The position numbers were made by a program, and so were the translations under genes. From Chiloscyllium plagiosum (Eukaryota): a stretch of 64,000 nt of DNA. The number at the start of each line of letters is the position of its first letter. Within the stretch, counting starts at the first letter, position 1. The notes beneath the pieces were generated by a model that did no database searches, had not been told where the DNA came from, and worked only from the letters and a program-made list of their open reading frames with translations. The stretch covers positions 8,414,494-8,478,493 of the forward strand of contig NC_057718.1 of NCBI RefSeq assembly GCF_004010195.1, written 5' to 3'. Shown piece by piece: positions 63,011-64,000 of the stretch.

Positions 63011-64000
63011 TACAGTACAGACAGACCATTAAACATCTAATTAGTACCATTCACTGTTTATAATTACCATAGCTTTGACTTCCTTCTTTATGAATTTCTA
63101 GCTCCAAATATCAATATGACAGGTCATTCATAAATGACCGTAATGTGTGGACAAGTGCAGAAACTGGTTACATCAGTTACAGTCTGTCGTCATTTTAATC
63201 ACTGGGGCATGACCATTTTCAGACCAAATCTGCATTGCCAGAGACATAGATTCCATAGAAAAAACTGCAAAAGGTAAGGACAGAATATATCAAGGAATGT
63301 GTCTATAACCCGGTCCATTTTTGCAAACATGCAACTTGAGAAGATGGAAACACACGCACGCACAGAAATAGTTGCTCACTAGAGATAACTACAGCAAAAT
63401 AAGAACACTCTTCCATCTTCACTTTAGAATATTAAGAAATTTGAGAACACTCCTAGAATCCCATTTGGAATACGGATGCAACTTTTCTCCCAGTGGATCA
63501 TCTCAGAGTATGAACTATACCTCCACCTCCTGTTTCCCAGCAACACCGCCTATTGTCATGTCAATCCTCACCTTAGCTCCGATTCCACATCAAACAAGTG
63601 AATTAAATCCCAATTACGTTTTATACATTTCTGTGTCTGATCCTCTGTAACAGTCTTTTCAAATTATGCAGGTTAATGGAACGGAGAAGTACATTGAGCC
63701 CTCTGATTTATTTGCCTCTTATTTTAATGTCTGTCTTGTGCAAAATCTAAACTGCTTTTAATAAAACCAGAGAGCGCAGGAATTGCACAGTAAGTCCATT
63801 AGTGCTGGGTTAGGTACAGAACCAATTCTGATAAAGGGGCTTATATGTTGATATAATTGAAACATTAATCTGTTGTTCCCCATTTTGATGCTGGCATGCT
63901 GAGTACATTCAGCATTTTCTCTCTGGATTTTAGATACCCAGAATCTGTGGTTTATTAAAATTAAATCAGTCTCATTTGTGATTTAGTCTAATAGAATATG

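Noticed and set aside
51479..64000. NMBR exon 2 (expected YRAIV.PM...)
   Set aside because: Not found by eye; presumably beyond the window end.

Overview
Vertebrate genomic DNA dense in transposable elements. The HE1-type SINEs, HER1/CR1 LINEs and Penelope termini suggest a shark (inference). Two host genes sit head-to-head. (1) Coding exon 1 of the neuromedin B receptor (NMBR, + strand, 51075-51478) is intact, with a GTAAGT donor inside the DRY motif. (2) A three-exon, minus-strand relic of connexin 23 (GJE1, 6052-11906) was not recognisable in the ORF track; it has two premature stops in exon 1 and frameshifts plus a stop in exon 3, so it looks like a unitary pseudogene in the conserved NMBR-GJE1 neighbourhood. 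About 350-900 bp upstream of the NMBR ATG is a 7 x 80 bp tandem array in which every unit carries a spacer-expanded REST/NRSF (RE1) site. The remainder is mostly mobile DNA: many CR1 fragments, tRNA-derived SINEs, an internally deleted Gmr1-like (integrase-before-RT) Gypsy element with two LTRs, solo LTRs, a Tigger-like MITE, and three families of Penelope-like elements whose termini carry minimal hammerhead ribozyme motifs, often as short fold-back insertions with 10-18 bp target duplications. Coordinates of degraded repeats are approximate.
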